Positions 1-21,800 of a stretch of DNA of 64,000 bases are shown here, piece after piece. Under the pieces are notes generated by a model, which saw only the letters and a program-made list of their open reading frames with translations, was not told the origin of the DNA and did no database searches. This DNA is from Piromyces finnis finn (lineage: Eukaryota > Fungi > Neocallimastigomycota). Position 1 is the first letter of the stretch; each line of letters begins with the position of its first letter. Where the stretch lies: contig MCFH01000027.1 of NCBI GenBank assembly GCA_002104945.1, positions 310,001-374,000 of the forward strand. The letters are read 5' to 3'. The translations under genes were made by a program, and so were the position numbers.

Positions 1-742
1 TAATTCCAATATTACTACTAATGAAACAGCAACTAATACTAAATAAATTTTCTTGAAATTTTTTGATTTAATTTCATGTATAAAATATATGAATATAGGC
101 ATTAATATTTTTAAAAAAATAAATTATTAAATTATTTATTATAATATTAATAATATTTATAATTTTAAAACTTTTTATTAATTATTATGATAATAAAACA
201 AATCACTATTTTATAATGAATTCTTTTTTACACACACTTTTGGTTATTAATTTATTTAAGATAAATATACTAAAATATTAATATAATAACTTTTATATAG
301 TATGCATCCTTTTTAACCCTTTTTTATATATTTATATCTTTATTGTAATTATATGAAAAATAAAAAGAGAAAAAATAATTTTTTAATAAAGTTATTTTAT
401 TTATTTATTATATACAATTTAATTCATTATTTATATAATATAATGGTGATGAAATAAATATAAATATTTTAAAGAAAAAAAAATTCTATATATATAAATA
501 GTCATACTAACGAATTAATTATAATAATTTATAATTTATATATAAAAAGTATAAGAAAATAAAAAAAATCATAACGTATGTCTTTATGTTTTCATTATAA
601 TATTTCATAATTTCGTTAGAAAATATAAAGGAATATAGATCATTAAAAATTAGTAAATTTTAAATATTATATAAGATAATTTTAAAATTTTATATTATAA
701 AATATATTTAATAATATGTAATAAAAAAGTCTTTTTTTTATT

Positions 743-3205
<2,463 letters not shown>

Positions 3206-4409
3206 TTTTTTTTTTTTTTCTATTTAAGAATTAATATTTCTCTATTAAAATAAATAGTAATGGTATTGTATTTTTTTTTTTTTTAAGTTTTTTTTTTTAA
3301 GTTTTTTTTTTTTTGAGTTTTTTTATTTTAAATATATTTTCTAAAAAAAATAATAAAATGATATTTAATAATTTTCTTATTTAACATAATTAATAATTGA
3401 TAAAGTTTACAATCATCATTCTTAATTATTATTACTTATTAATGAATCTTTTTTTGAGATTATAAAAAAATAATATTTAAGATTATATGTGACAATATTT
3501 TAAAACTTAATAATATGATAGAAATATCTATTTTTAATTATATCCATAAAAAAGATATTTAATAAAATCTTTAAATATTTCGATTAAATATTAAATATTT
3601 ATATATAAAGTTAGATGTGATATTATCATTCTTGTATTGTGCTTTTTTTTTTTTTTTTTTTTTTTTACAATTTATTCCTACTTTATATTAAATATATTTA
3701 TGTATATGTATTTTTTATTATTTTTAAAGTGAAATCAATGCTTTAAATATTTATATAGTAATAACAGCAATGTTTAAAAATTTTATTATTTTGCAAAAAT
3801 CTTTCATAAATGTCAAAACAATTCTTAATAATTCGACTAAAAAAATTTATTTTATAGTTTCTCTATTAAAATAATAATTATAACAATAATTAAAAGGTTT
3901 TAGATGAATAATATTTTTTGATGTTAATTATTTTAACGTTGAAACTTTGTTCCAAACTCAATTTTATTATATATTTATATACATTTAAATAAAGATACTA
4001 AAATAATAAATAAATATATATTTTTCGAAATATAAATTTTACCTTTATTACAATAAATAAATTATAATTAAAGTGAAAATATAAAATAGGTATAATTATT
4101 AATATTTTTTTTCTTTTTAAATAAAAAAAAAGAATCTACTACATATCTAGAACTAACATATGATAAATAATGAAATACATACAAAAATTTAGATAGAATA
4201 AATAATTTATATATATTAATATGAAGAAAATAAATTTGCTTTCTTTTCAAATAATATAATTATTTTAACTTTATAAAAATAACATTAATCTAATAAATAA
4301 TATAATAATAAACGGATAATATTTGAATTAAAAATAAAATAAAATAATTTAACACATATAACATATATAATTTTTTAAAAATAGGGGTGGAAAGGAAGAA
4401 TGAGACTTA

Positions 4410-8730
<4,321 letters not shown>

Positions 8731-9545
8731 TAAAATTACTACTATTCATACTGTTATTTTATATATATAATTATATATAATTGTTTATAATATTAAACTT
8801 TATTTTTATTATATATAGATTGATATTTTTAAAAATTATATTATATTACGTTTTATATATAAAATTATAAATTCCTGAAATTATATTAACAAATATAAGC
8901 GCTTAAAAAGACCGATTTTCATAATTTCTTTCTTAACTTTTTTTTTTTTTTTTTTTTTTTTTGAAAGAAAAATTCTCTTAAAATGATACATCAAAAAATT
9001 AATTTATTTTATTTCATTTTATTTAAAAAACTCAAACATTTAATAATTATTTAGCAATAATGTATACATTCTATTAAAATTAGTATGGCTGATGTATATA
9101 TTTCTCCAATTAATAGTAAATATAAAATATTTTTAAACAATAAAATACTTTATATATATATATATATTTTCTACTTAGATTAATAAGCTTTTTTTGTATA
9201 GTAAGATATTAGTAGGATATATAATGAGAGTAAATAAATTATAATTTATATTTAATATCATATATTTAATATATTTAATAAATAGTAATTATTTAAAAAA
9301 AGTCATTTTGTTAATTATTATTTATTTTTTAGTAGTGTAAAAAAATATTCTTTAATGAAATGTAAAAAATTATATGGCTTATATTATGGAATTATACATT
9401 AAATAATTATATTTAAAATTTATGTAGTTTGTACATATATTAAATTAATTCATCATTTCTTCAATAACAAAACAAAACACTAACTTTAAAAACAATTACT
9501 TTATTTCATATATTTAAAAAAATAATATATAATTATGGCATAACA

Positions 9546-12300
9546 ATGAGTTTTTATAAAGATATTGTTATATGTTGTTCCTCGTTAAGTTTAGAAGAAA
9601 AAGTAAATAACAAGTTTTTATATGAACTTTAACATAAATAATAATTAATTAATTATTATAATTAGAAAGGAAATTGATAATAATGCTTAACAAATATTTC
9701 CAATAGGAAAAACAATATAATGCAATTAAATTATTAGGTGGTTCTTATAAAAAAAATTTGACTAGAAAAGTTACACATTTGATAACAGATAGTACCGAAT
9801 CAGAGAAATACGAAGTAAAATATAAATTATATTTTCAAAATTTCAAAATTTCAAATTTCAAAATCTAAATTTCAAATTTCAAATTTTGTATTTTGTATAA
9901 ATTTAATTTTTAATTATAGATTTCTATTCAAATAGGTATACCAGTATTAACACCACAATGGATATATCATTGTCTACAAAATAGAGATAGTAATCTCAAT
10001 CCCTATGAGGTATATATTTGTTTATAGTATCAACCCTCTAAAATCTTTAAAATAAATTTTTATATAAAATCATAATTAATAAAATTATAAAATTAAAGGA
10101 AATGAAGAATTTTTTATATAAACCATTCAATGATTATGTTATAAACATTCCTGATACTACATATGGTAACAATATTTTAATTTGAAATTTTAAATATATA
10201 TATTCTTTTCAAAATTAATATTCTTTGAAAAATAGATAAAGATAATTGTAGTTATTTAATAAAAATTATTGAATATCTTGGTGGTGTGTTTGAAGAACAA
10301 GTAAATAGTGATTGTACTCATGTAGTAACAAATATATCCTTTTTATTTTTAATAATAAAAATTTAATATCTCAATATCTTTATCATCCTTAACGATTCTA
10401 TACAATCCATATAATAGTACATATGATATTTTGAGAAGAGTAAATGTAAAGGTATATACTCCAGACTGGGTTTATGAAAACTATCTTAAATATGGTATCA
10501 TTATATAAATAAAAACAATATTAAATGAAAATAATAAAAAAAAAAAAAGAAAAGAAAGAAAAAAAAAAAAATTAACATTTCTATCATAATTAATTAACTT
10601 TTTAAATAGTCTTTTACATTGAAAAAATAAATTATAAAGAAAATTTAAAAATCAAGTCTGAAATTGAAAATTTTAACTTTTTCAGAAAAAAGATTTTTTA
10701 TTTAAGTGATAGTTTTTCAGAGGAAACTAAAAAAATGTTGTTAAAAATAATATTAAAAGGAAAAGGGAATTGTTCAAAAGAACTAACAAATGATGTAACA
10801 ACATTTATTACAAAAGAACAAATATTAGATAAAAAGTATATAGTAACATTATCATTTTGTCCATTAATAAGCATAATTTTAAAGTTAACTTGACAATCCT
10901 ATTTATATTTTGAATTTATAATAAAATAAAGCGATAAAAAATTACTACTACAATCTTCATGTGGAACATGTATTTTTATTAATTATAGTTGGTTATTAAA
11001 ATGTTACTTTGATAAATGTTATATTCCGGAAAGTTTTTATGAAATACCAAGTAAGTTAATAAAAATATTTATATAATATATATAATAACATAAATCAAAT
11101 TAAATCAATTATTAACAAAACATTTATTTTTTTATTATTAAAATGAGATTCATTTCAAAATTCTTCTTCAGTTAATGGTTCATTATTTAAAGGATTAACG
11201 TTTTTTATATACAATTTTGAATCCGTGAAAGTATATATCAAAATTATTAATAATATTAAATAATCTAATTAATTATATAATAATTATTACATAATTTTAT
11301 TAATATAAAGGAAAATTCATTAAAAGAATTAATCATGCTTCAGCAAGGAACAATTTATAATAAAAAATCACCAATTGAGGTTAATGGTGAATTATTAATA
11401 GTAACTTCATTCACAAGGTGAATAAATTGTAAATTGTTATTTAATTAAAGCTCTTATTTCAGTAATTGTCAAATAATTAATTAATAAATATTATAAATAT
11501 AATAGAGAATTTGATTCATCTTTCATAAATGAATTTCCTATGAAAACAAAACTAATAACAAATTACTGGGTTGAAAAATGCATATTGGTAACTTTAAATA
11601 AATTATTAATATAAAAAATATTAAAATAATATTAACTATAAATTACTAATAATATTATACAATAAATAATAAAGAAAAAAAAACTTTATGATTTTGATAA
11701 ATGCCCACTTTTTATACCTTGTAACTTAAGGACAAAGATAAATGGTAATTTTTATACTATTAAAATATTATTAAATAACAATGATTATTATATTTATAAT
11801 AATTAATATTTAAACCATTGGAATATCAAAAAGGTTTTGAATTTTTAAAAATTACAATAACTGGATTTAATAAATTCGAAAAACTATATATTAAAAAATT
11901 AATACTAAAGATGGGTATTATTAATGAATTTTTCTATTTATAAAATAATATATTATTCTGATAAATATAAAATAATAATCAAAAAAAATATTTTTATTAA
12001 ATATTCAAAATAAAGGAAGTACATATACAACTGAACTATCACAAAACAACACCTTTTTAATATGTCATGATGATAATGCAGTATCTGAAAAATGTATAAA
12101 AGCTTCTGAATGGAATGTGCCTATTATTTTAGTTCAATGGCTATATGATTGCTATAATAATGTAATATTTTCTCTATTTTTTTTTTTTTTTTTTCATATT
12201 ATATAATATATTTAATTTTCAACATCTAATATAAACTTTATTTTTATTATTGTAATAGAAAAACTTCTTATGTTACGACAATTATCAAGTTAAATTTTGA
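9546..12300 (+). CDS. Multi-BRCT protein, Dpb11/Rad4(Cut5)/TopBP1-like (many small exons)
   Basis: Exons give repeated BRCT signatures: IVICCSSL..LLGGSYKKNLTRKVTHLI..GIPVLTPQWIYHC; YLGGVFEEQVNSDCTHVV..VYTPDWV; WLLKC; ITITGF..TFLIC..KASEWNVPIILVQWLYDC. About four repeats. Orthology is not established. Confidence 0.75.
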
Positions 12301-12535
12301 AAGATAGCTAATAAAGTAAATATTATAAAAAACAGTATATATTAATAACAGCGTTTTAAAAATATCTTGTTATAATAATAAATAAATGTAAATTTATTGT
12401 AATTATATTTAACTTTTTAAAATTAAAAAATATTGAAAAGAAATTATTTTATTATTGTAAGACCATTTTTTTAGACCTCATACTTTATAAATTATTATGA
12501 TTATAATAAATAAATAACACAAAATAATTATATTT

Positions 12536-12566
<31 letters not shown>

Positions 12567-12738
12567 TTTTTGATACCAGCAAAAAAATGAATATTATATA
12601 TTATATCTTTTTGATATGGATTAAAATAAATTAAAACTATGATAGTAATTTAAATTGAATTTTTTAATTTAAATCCCAATAATTTATTTAAATTTCACAT
12701 TATATAATGAATATGTTATATTAAAATAAAAATTAACT

Positions 12739-13242
12739 TTAGAATGTAGCAGCTTGTCCAACAAGTTGTCCTTCAGAATTAACTAAATTCCAAACAATAC
12801 ATTCCTTAGCATAAAATATATCACCAGTTTTTGAAATTCTTCTCATATTATATTCTTTTGCAAAACCTTTTTCTTCTGTTTCTTTTAAAAGAATATCACG
12901 TTCTTCCTGTTCTTTTTGTTCTGCAGAATATTTTGATGGAAGTTTACACCATTCATCAATATTATATCCGAATTTTGTCAAAGCATATTTATTTCCATAA
13001 TTAAAAATCGGATCGTCACCCTTTGATGGTGTACCATCATGTGACACTAATGCAATTGAGCAATTATAATAAAATTCCGCTAATTCTGTTGGATTAGTGC
13101 ATTTTTTTAATTTTTCTTGTTCTTCTGTTGTCATTCTAATAAATAAATCTTCTCCAACATATTTTTTATAACTTGATAGTATAATATTTAAATGATTAAC
13201 CATGTTTGGTTCTAAATACCACTTTTTTGAATTATTTTCCAT
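12739..13242 (-). CDS. Stand-alone MEKHLA (PAS-like) domain protein, intronless
   Basis: ALVSHDG..DPIFNYGNKYAL..LPSKYSAE..EQEERDILL..GF..Y..RRISKTG..F......VWNL....GQAATF matches the MEKHLA pattern and ends at the typical GQAATF. Confidence 0.9.
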   Translation of the reverse strand: MENNSKKWYLEPNMVNHLNIILSSYKKYVGEDLFIRMTTEEQEKLKKCTNPTELAEFYYNCSIALVSHDGTPSKGDDPIFNYGNKYALTKFGYNIDEWCKLPSKYSAEQKEQEERDILLKETEEKGFAKEYNMRRISKTGDIFYAKECIVWNLVNSEGQLVGQAATF

Positions 13243-13906
13243 TTTAACAATGCTAATCTAATAAAAATAAAAATAAAAAAAAAAACTGTCTTTGATATAT
13301 AATATGGTTTATTTAATGATATTTTATATGCAATATATGATAATGAATTAGTTTTTTAAAATTTTATATAAAAAAAATATAAATTTTTTTATTTTATTAA
13401 ATATTTAATGAAACAACTTAATTTATGTTGTTTTATTAAATAAATGACATACAAAGAAAATAAATAAAACATTATAAATATTAGACTAAACAATTCATAT
13501 TCATTATTTAAATAATAAAGAATAAATATATAGACATTTTTCAATACACCATACTTATTAAATATATATATAAATAATATTCTTTTATTTATTTTATTAT
13601 ACTTTTTTTTTTTTTTGTTGTTGTTGTTGAATAAAAAAACCTTTCTATATCTTAACTTTGTACTACCTTTAAAATAAGTCTATTATATATATTAAATTAT
13701 TAACATTGTATATATATAAAAATAAATATGGACAATACATAAAAGTTTTCTACTAACAAATAAAATGTAATAATTAATTATTAAAAGAAAACTAATATAA
13801 CTCTAATAAATGATATTCTAAACTTAGAAAAAAAAAAAAAAGATAGAGTAAAGAGAAAAAAAGAAAAAAGAAAAAAAAACATTTATTATTTTATCAATAT
13901 TATACA

Positions 13907-15576
13907 ATGAAATCAGTTTTTAATTCACCATTATGGTTCGAGAGAAGAACTTTAATCTTAAAAATACTCAGTAAATATGATATAAAAAAGGTAATGTTTA
14001 TTATTATTTATTTAAATATGCCAATATATAAATAGATATCTTATTAGTTAATAAAAATATATAAAGATTATTGATTATGGTTGTAATGTAGGAAATATAT
14101 TAGAAGTTTTAATTAACAATGATAACTACAATGAAATAATTGGAGTTGATTGCGATGAAAAAGTTCTAGAAGAAGCAAACGAGAAATGTCAAGTATCAGA
14201 ATATTTTAAAAAATATATGAAAACTAGTCCCTTAAATATTAAGCTTCTAAAAGGTACTTTAAAAAATAATTATAATTTTTTTTTTATGATTTAAAAAGGT
14301 TAATTGAAATTATAAAAAATAGGAAATATAAAATTTGCTGATAAAAGACTTTTAAATTCAGAAGCTCTTATCTGTAGTGAAGTGTATGTTTAATAAGGAA
14401 AAAAATAATAGTCTGTATGGATAATTAATATTAAATTATAAAATGTTATGCTATATTTATATGCATAAAGAATTGAACATTTAGATTCTGAAACACTAGA
14501 AATCTTTCCTGAAATAGTATTTGGTACATATAAACCAAAGGTAGTTATAATAACAACTCCAAATATAGAATTTAATTATTACTTTAAAGAATTAAATTAT
14601 GGAAAGCCAAATCAGAAACTTCGTCATGAAGGACATTTTTTTGAATGGACAAGAAAAGAATTTGAAACTTGGTATTATCATTAAATACAACTGTTTTAAC
14701 TTTTAACTTTAATTTATATATAATTATGATATTTATAAATTAAGATTCATACTTATTGAGAATCAAATTAATTTTAATGCTATTGATTTGTAAAATTAAA
14801 TTTTTTATTAAATAAAAATGCTTATATTATTTTGATTATATATTGATTATCATATATTTATAAATAGGGTCAAAGATATAGCAAAAAAATATAGTTACAA
14901 ATATGAAATTACAGGTGTTGGTGAATTGAATAATCAAGATGACAATAGTAGAGGTTTCTGTACTCAAATCGCAGTTTTTGAAAGAATTGGTGACAATTCA
15001 GAAAATGAGATAACTACTGAATTAGAAGAAAATTTTGAATGTTTATTTAATATTGATTATCCGTATTTTGATCAAACAAAAGTTACAGTTGATGAAATAT
15101 TAAAAGAGCTAATAATTTTTTCAAAATATTACATTGTAAAGAATGAACAAGACAATGCTGATAAAAATAATAAAGAAAATGATAGTTATAACTCATTGTC
15201 AGAAAATGAAAAAATAATTGAAGATAAATTTTTAATAAGTATGGAACTTGATGATTTATGGAATGATTACTATATAAATAAACTATGTTCAAGTAAGGAG
15301 AAATTAATACAATTTCTACATGAGGAAAAAATAAAAGATATTTTTCATTATGATAACAACAATGAAAATAAATTAGAAAAAGTATATATTCGAAATATTG
15401 ATGATATCTTTAGATGCTATGATGAATATTTTCCAAATCAATTAAAGGAAGAAGAAGAAGAATTTAGTGATTATAGTTATGAGAATTATAATAAATATAC
15501 TGAGAGTGAAAAAGATGATAATAGTTTTTGGGATAATTATAGTGACTATCATATTGATGATGAATATAGTGATTAA
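13907..15576 (+). CDS. HEN1: Small-RNA 3'-terminal 2'-O-methyltransferase (HEN1/HENMT1), multi-exon
   Basis: FNSPLWFERR; VIDYGCNVG; IIGVDCD; ALICSEV|IEHL; YKPKVVIITTPNIEFN; LRHEGHFFEWTRKEFETW; ITGVG..GFCTQIAVFER. These are the Hen1 motifs, followed by an acidic tail. Confidence 0.9.
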
Positions 15577-15968
15577 AAATCAATACATAGTGTTCTTCAT
15601 TCATCTGATTTATTTAAAAAATATCAATAAATATAATTCAATATATTAAATTTTATTCATATCAAATTAAATAGATAATATATATTATATTATTATTTTT
15701 TTATTGCATAAAAAATATTTTTAAAATATTCTATTTAATAGCATTACTTAACCATATTTTTATATTTATTCATTATTAATTGATTGATTTTGATTTTTTT
15801 TTTTTTTTTTTTTTAATTATATAGTGACTTCATTATTTTATAATATAATTTATCATTAATATTATCAACAATTTTTTTTTTTTTTTTTTTTTTAATTTCA
15901 TTTTATTTTACTTAATTTTATCTTTTATTTTATTTTCCTTTTTTTTTTTTTTTAATTAATCATTATTA

Positions 15969-16001
<33 letters not shown>

Positions 16002-16151
16002 TTCATTTATTTGATTTTTGTTTTATGTTTTAATTATCATAATAACTATGTTTAAGTACAATTGATTACACTTTCAAAAATAAAAAAAATGAATACGCTT
16101 TTTAGCTTTTTATTTTTTATTTGTATTTATTTTATTTATTTTATTTTTTTT

Positions 16152-18229
16152 TTAAAGAGTTTCACCAGTTGAATCATAATGTTTTCTCTTATTATCTATT
16201 ATATTAAATTATGAATATAAATTAAATAATTAAGAAAAAAAAAGGTTATATTTATATACGTATTAGTTCATATGCTTTATTTAAATAAATAAATAAATAT
16301 ATGTATAATAAATTAAAATACTTTACCATCGCGTAAAATGGTATAGGCATTAATAATTTCTTGGAATTGTTCCTTTGCTTTTTCTTTTTCCTCTGCTTTT
16401 TGGAAACGATCTGGATGTGTTTTCAAAGCCTTCTCTCTAAAAGCTTTTTGTATTTCTTCTTTTGTAGCATTAGAATTTACACCTAATACTTTATACAATT
16501 TTAAGTCATTTGTATTTATTCTAGTATTGGTATTTCTGGAAGCATTGCTATAAGTATTAGATTTCTTTTTATTATTAGATGATTCATATGTATCTCTCCA
16601 AGATGACCAGAAAGATCTCTTTGTTTGTTGCTTTTGTTGTTCATGATAATTTCTATTTCTAACTTGTTCTTCATAATAATTTTGTCTTCTATTTTCTTCA
16701 CTTAATGGTTTGACCCATTCATAATTCCATCTTTTTCTGTAAGTACGATTGCCATTTTGTCTAGCCTGTTGTTCCTTTGCAAATGCTTTCATTTTTTCAT
16801 AATATAATTGTCGTTCATAATAAAATTTTAAAATATGTGGGAAAAACAAAGTTAAAAGACCAACAAAAACAGTTGGGATAATTAATCTTTTAAATAAGAA
16901 TCCAAATTTAAAGAATTGACTTGCGAAATTTTGTTCTGTAAAAAACCAATAAAATATAGATGCACCAGCAGTAATTATAGAAGCGTACTGGAAGGCATAA
17001 TGATGAACCCCTGAAACTTTACCATTATTTGCATTAACAAAAGTATGGAAATCCGAATTAATAATATTTGTCTTAAAAACATAAATTGGTACATAAAGTG
17101 GTGAAATTCTTAATGATACTGGTTCACAATTTATCTTTAAAAATCTTACTTTATCAGCACCATAGTGTTCTTTTAAAAATTTTTCTGCTTGATAATGTTC
17201 ATTTGAATTAATTTCTTTCCAAGCAAGTTTAACAGCATCCTCTGGTGAAACTTCAAATAAATCTAATTTTCTTCTTTTTGTTTCATCAGATTTATTATTA
17301 ATTGTATTATCATAAAGGAAAGAATCATTCCATTTCACTGAATTATTAACAAAATCGCCTCTTAATTTATTTATATACTTTGAAGGATATTTTTTGGAAG
17401 CATAGTGTTGCATAATTTCCATATCACCTCGATAACTCTTTTGGAATGTTAAAGGTAATTCATATATATATTGCCACTCTGTAAGATTTTGCCATTCCAT
17501 TCTTTTAGTAATAGGATTAAATACTTGTGCTGTATAATCATAACCAACTTGGCATGAAACGATAGTTACATTTACTATTGCTGAAGATACCCAAAATGGT
17601 ATATATCTTTGTTCAACTTTTTGAAAATTTAAAAAAAAATCTGAATAAAATGTACCAGTATGATGAAGTTTATATTTCTGTTAAAAAAAGGAGGGACCGT
17701 TTATAATTAGATAAAATAAGTACAATTTAATAATGAAAACATTAGAAATATAGTAAATAAAATATATATATATATATATAAATAAAATAATAATAATAAT
17801 AATAATAATAATAATTTAATATATAAAAATTACTTCTTTTGCTTCACTGCTTAATAAATGAAATGGAACAGCTTCTAATTTTGGTTTTAATTCTTCTTGA
17901 ACATCATTATACTTTTTTTTTGTTCTACCTTCAGAATAATAATTCTTATTTAGATATTTTTCTATTGTTGTTTTAAATGTAAAATTATTTATTGAATTTG
18001 ATAATTTTAAAAATGAAGGATTTTCCTTTTTGATTGGAAATCCATTTTTGTTTAAATCAGAAGATAAAAAGTAATGTCTGGATTGATTTAATAAGGTATT
18101 ATTATTCAATAAATTTTTTTCTGTCTTACTTTTTAATATTAATTTTACTGAATTATGACTTAAATTTAAATTATTTAAAGTGTTTAAATTTATTTTTACA
18201 TTCCTTCTTTTAATTATATTTTTTAACAT
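16152..18229 (-). CDS. J-domain (DnaJ) protein with C-terminal HPD domain, internal TM segments and a presequence-like N-terminus
   Basis: LYKVLGVNSNATKEEIQKAFREKALKTHPDRF. A last exon DNKRKHYDSTGETL* ends at 16152. Two hydrophobic stretches lie mid-protein, and the N-terminus is basic with no acidic residues in the first ~35 aa. Confidence 0.8.
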
Positions 18230-18747
18230 TTTGTCATTTTCCCTTTTTTTTTTTTTTTTTTTTATTTAGATAAGTTTAAAAAAAAAAAATTATCATTGAT
18301 ACATTAAATAAATTATAATTACATTATTCTACTTTAAAAAAATTTTTTTGTATTAATTTAAATTTTCTTTTTTATTTTTATTAATGACTTTATGCTTTTA
18401 ATAACATATTTATTACCATTATTTATTTGGTATATTAAAGAATTTGAATAAATAAATCTAATGAATGAATGAATGAAAATATAAATTAAATATAGATATA
18501 TAAATAATGATAATAATGACTATAATAAAAGAAATATAATTGAAATAATAATTAAATATTGAAATTGAAATTGAAATGTTTTTATATTAATTTCTATAAC
18601 ATAGGATATATAAAAATAAATATATTTATAATTTATTTTGATTTAAATATTTAAATGGGGATAATAAAGAAATAAATTTATATTAAAAAATGTTATTAAA
18701 TATATATAAATATATATAACTATTTTCAATTAAGATAATAAATACAA

Positions 18748-18795
18748 TTAATTATCAACATCATCATCAACATCCTTGTCTTCTTCTTTCACTTG

Positions 18796-18831
<36 letters not shown>

Positions 18832-21800
18832 TTCCTCAGAAACGTCAGAATCATTGTTATTATTATTGTTGTTGTTATTTAGTAAATCACTCCATGTTTC
18901 ACTTAAAGGTCTCAATATTTTTTTAACACGAGAAACGACATTCAATACTCTTTTTCTTAAATCTTCATTATTAGAATTAATTTCCTATTGAAATATAAGT
19001 AATATATCAAATAAGACCGTTAATACATAATAACAATCTAAATTTCATTAAATTGATACGTAAATATTTTTGAAATAAAATGTATCTTTCTACTTACAAG
19101 AGTCTTTCTATCAATAGTACAGGAATGGTTATCAATATGAACTTTCCATAATTTTTTACCACTGTTAGTAGTTTCGGATTTTTCGTTTTCATTTTCTTTC
19201 TTTTCTTGAGTGGTTACATTAATTGAAAGTTTACTAGTTTCATTATCATAAGTGCTATAAGTAACACCTTCGCTACTGCCAAAGTAATCCAATATAATAG
19301 GTAATGACATGTTTTCAGATGTAACGTTCTCAACACCAAATTGCATACATAAAAATTTATACATATATAATTCAAATTCCATATCATCTTCTATTGCGGT
19401 ATGACTATTATCCATAATATTATGGAACATTACTTTACGAACATTATCACTAAGATCTTCCTTACTTTCCTTAAAGGTTTTATTATTACTATCAGATGTT
19501 TTTGAAGATTTTTCTTCCGTTTCTTTTGTTGAGTTTGTTTCATCAATATCCATTGGATCAACAATTTCTGATTTAATAAATTCTTTTTTAATGTCTTGTT
19601 CTTGCTTTATAGAAGTAATGTCCATCTTGTTATCTTCTGACTCCTTATTTTCAATTTTAACATCTATAATTTCTTGTTTGATATTTTCATTTTTTATTAA
19701 ATTACTATCAATATTATCTTCTGATTTAATGGTCACTTTAGAAGAGGTTTCTTTAATTTGTTCGCTTGATTTAGTTGATAATGATGATTCTGTAGATTTT
19801 CTTTCAAATTCTTTTTCTTCATCAATCTTTTTCTTCTTTTGTAAACTTATCGATTCAGTCACTAATATATATTTTAATTAATTCATTTAAATTATTAATA
19901 TCAGTTAGTTATTATAATAAGTTTTTTATAATTATCTTTACTTAAAATTATTAAATGAATTATAAATTAATATTTTACTTCTAACTGATGCTGGACTTCC
20001 TTCAATTTGTAATAATACAGCTAAAACTGAATCAGCTATCATATCACCAGTATTATCACTTCTCCATTCAATTTGTAATTGTGATTTTCCAATTGACTTA
20101 ACAGTAACAGTATTAAATACCTTTAATAAAAAAAGGAATTAATTAATTTCTAGACATATCAACTATAATATTATAATATTATATTAAAGAAATGTTAATT
20201 ATTTATCAATTAAATATAAATACCAATATGGATTCATTATCAATAATTTTAATTTCACCAAACATTTGTTCTAAATGGAAAATAACTAAAGAGAATGTAC
20301 CATGAAAACTTAATTTTTGTTTTTGAATAATTTCTGTGGTATTAACATCAGTAAATTCCGATAATTCTTTAGCATCCATAATATGATAGTGGAAATCTTT
20401 AGATACTAATACACCTGATAATCTATCATTATTTTTTGGTTCAACCTTTGCCATCTCTCCAATAACCTTTAAAAAGATAAAAATATAAATGTAAATAAAT
20501 AAATAAAAATTCAAAGTTAGAATATATATATTACATTATTTTATTTTACCTTTGCTTGTTTTTTTCCTTTGAAATATAATTCAATCGTTTCACAATTCTT
20601 TGGAGTATAAATTTGCATTGGATGTTCTTTTTCAGCATATTTACTTTGTAAAGCACTTCTTAATCTTCCCATTTCATTAGAATCACCATGAACAAGAATC
20701 TTTTTTGAATTTGTATTTAAATATTTATAAATATATATATATATATAATTTAATTTATTATACAGTTAAAAAGTTTTATTATTTTTAAATATTAATATCA
20801 AAAAAAAAAAAAAAAGTAATATTTAATATTATAATTATTTATACCAAATGTGATGGATTAATTAATTCAATAAAACGACTATTTTGGGTATAATCAACAT
20901 GAGCTGAAAATGAAATATAATGAACAGATAATTTTCTTGGTAATTTTGCACCTGTAACTGAGACAATTTCATCTGGTTCACTTAAAATGGTCTAATAATT
21001 AAATAATTAAATATATATATATAGAGGTATTTAAAAAAAAATAAATATATATATTAAAATCGCATTTAAATTCAATTAAAGGAATTTTACTAACCTTTCC
21101 CATAGTTCCTTCAACAACATAACCCGGAATTACTAAGCCATTTCTCTTATCAATACACCACATTTCTAATAATTCTCTTGATAAACCATTCTATAATTTT
21201 TAAAATTTAATAGTTTTTTATAATAATAATAATAATAATAATAATAATTAAAAAAAAAATAATTAACTATATTTAATATTAAATAGTTAATTCAATGAAT
21301 TATTTAAATAATTATTATTACCTGTAGCATACCAGGACTAGCCATCATTACGCATGGACCAACATCATCAAAATGTTCCATATTTTTTAAATATGAAATA
21401 TGTTTAAATACAAATGGATTTGAAATTTTATATTGTTTTCGTATCTTTGCATTCATCATATTAATATAAGTTTGATAAATAGCCATACATTTTTTGGCTA
21501 AAGAAGATGCATAATAAATTGGTATACTATGTAATTCTAAATTTTCTTGCCAAAATTCATCCAAAATTAATAAGATTTCTTGAGCTCGACCCAACGCAAA
21601 AACTGGAATAAGACAACGGCCACCCCTTTGAACAATCTCCTTAATAATTTCTTGTTACAAAATTATTTATTTAATACACAGTTTTTAGATGATATAATAT
21701 ATTAGAATTTTAATATTGATTAGAAATTGATTAAATTCAAAAATATAATTAATGTTTGATAATTTAAATTTCAAATTAAATTAAAAATTTAGAAATTTAA

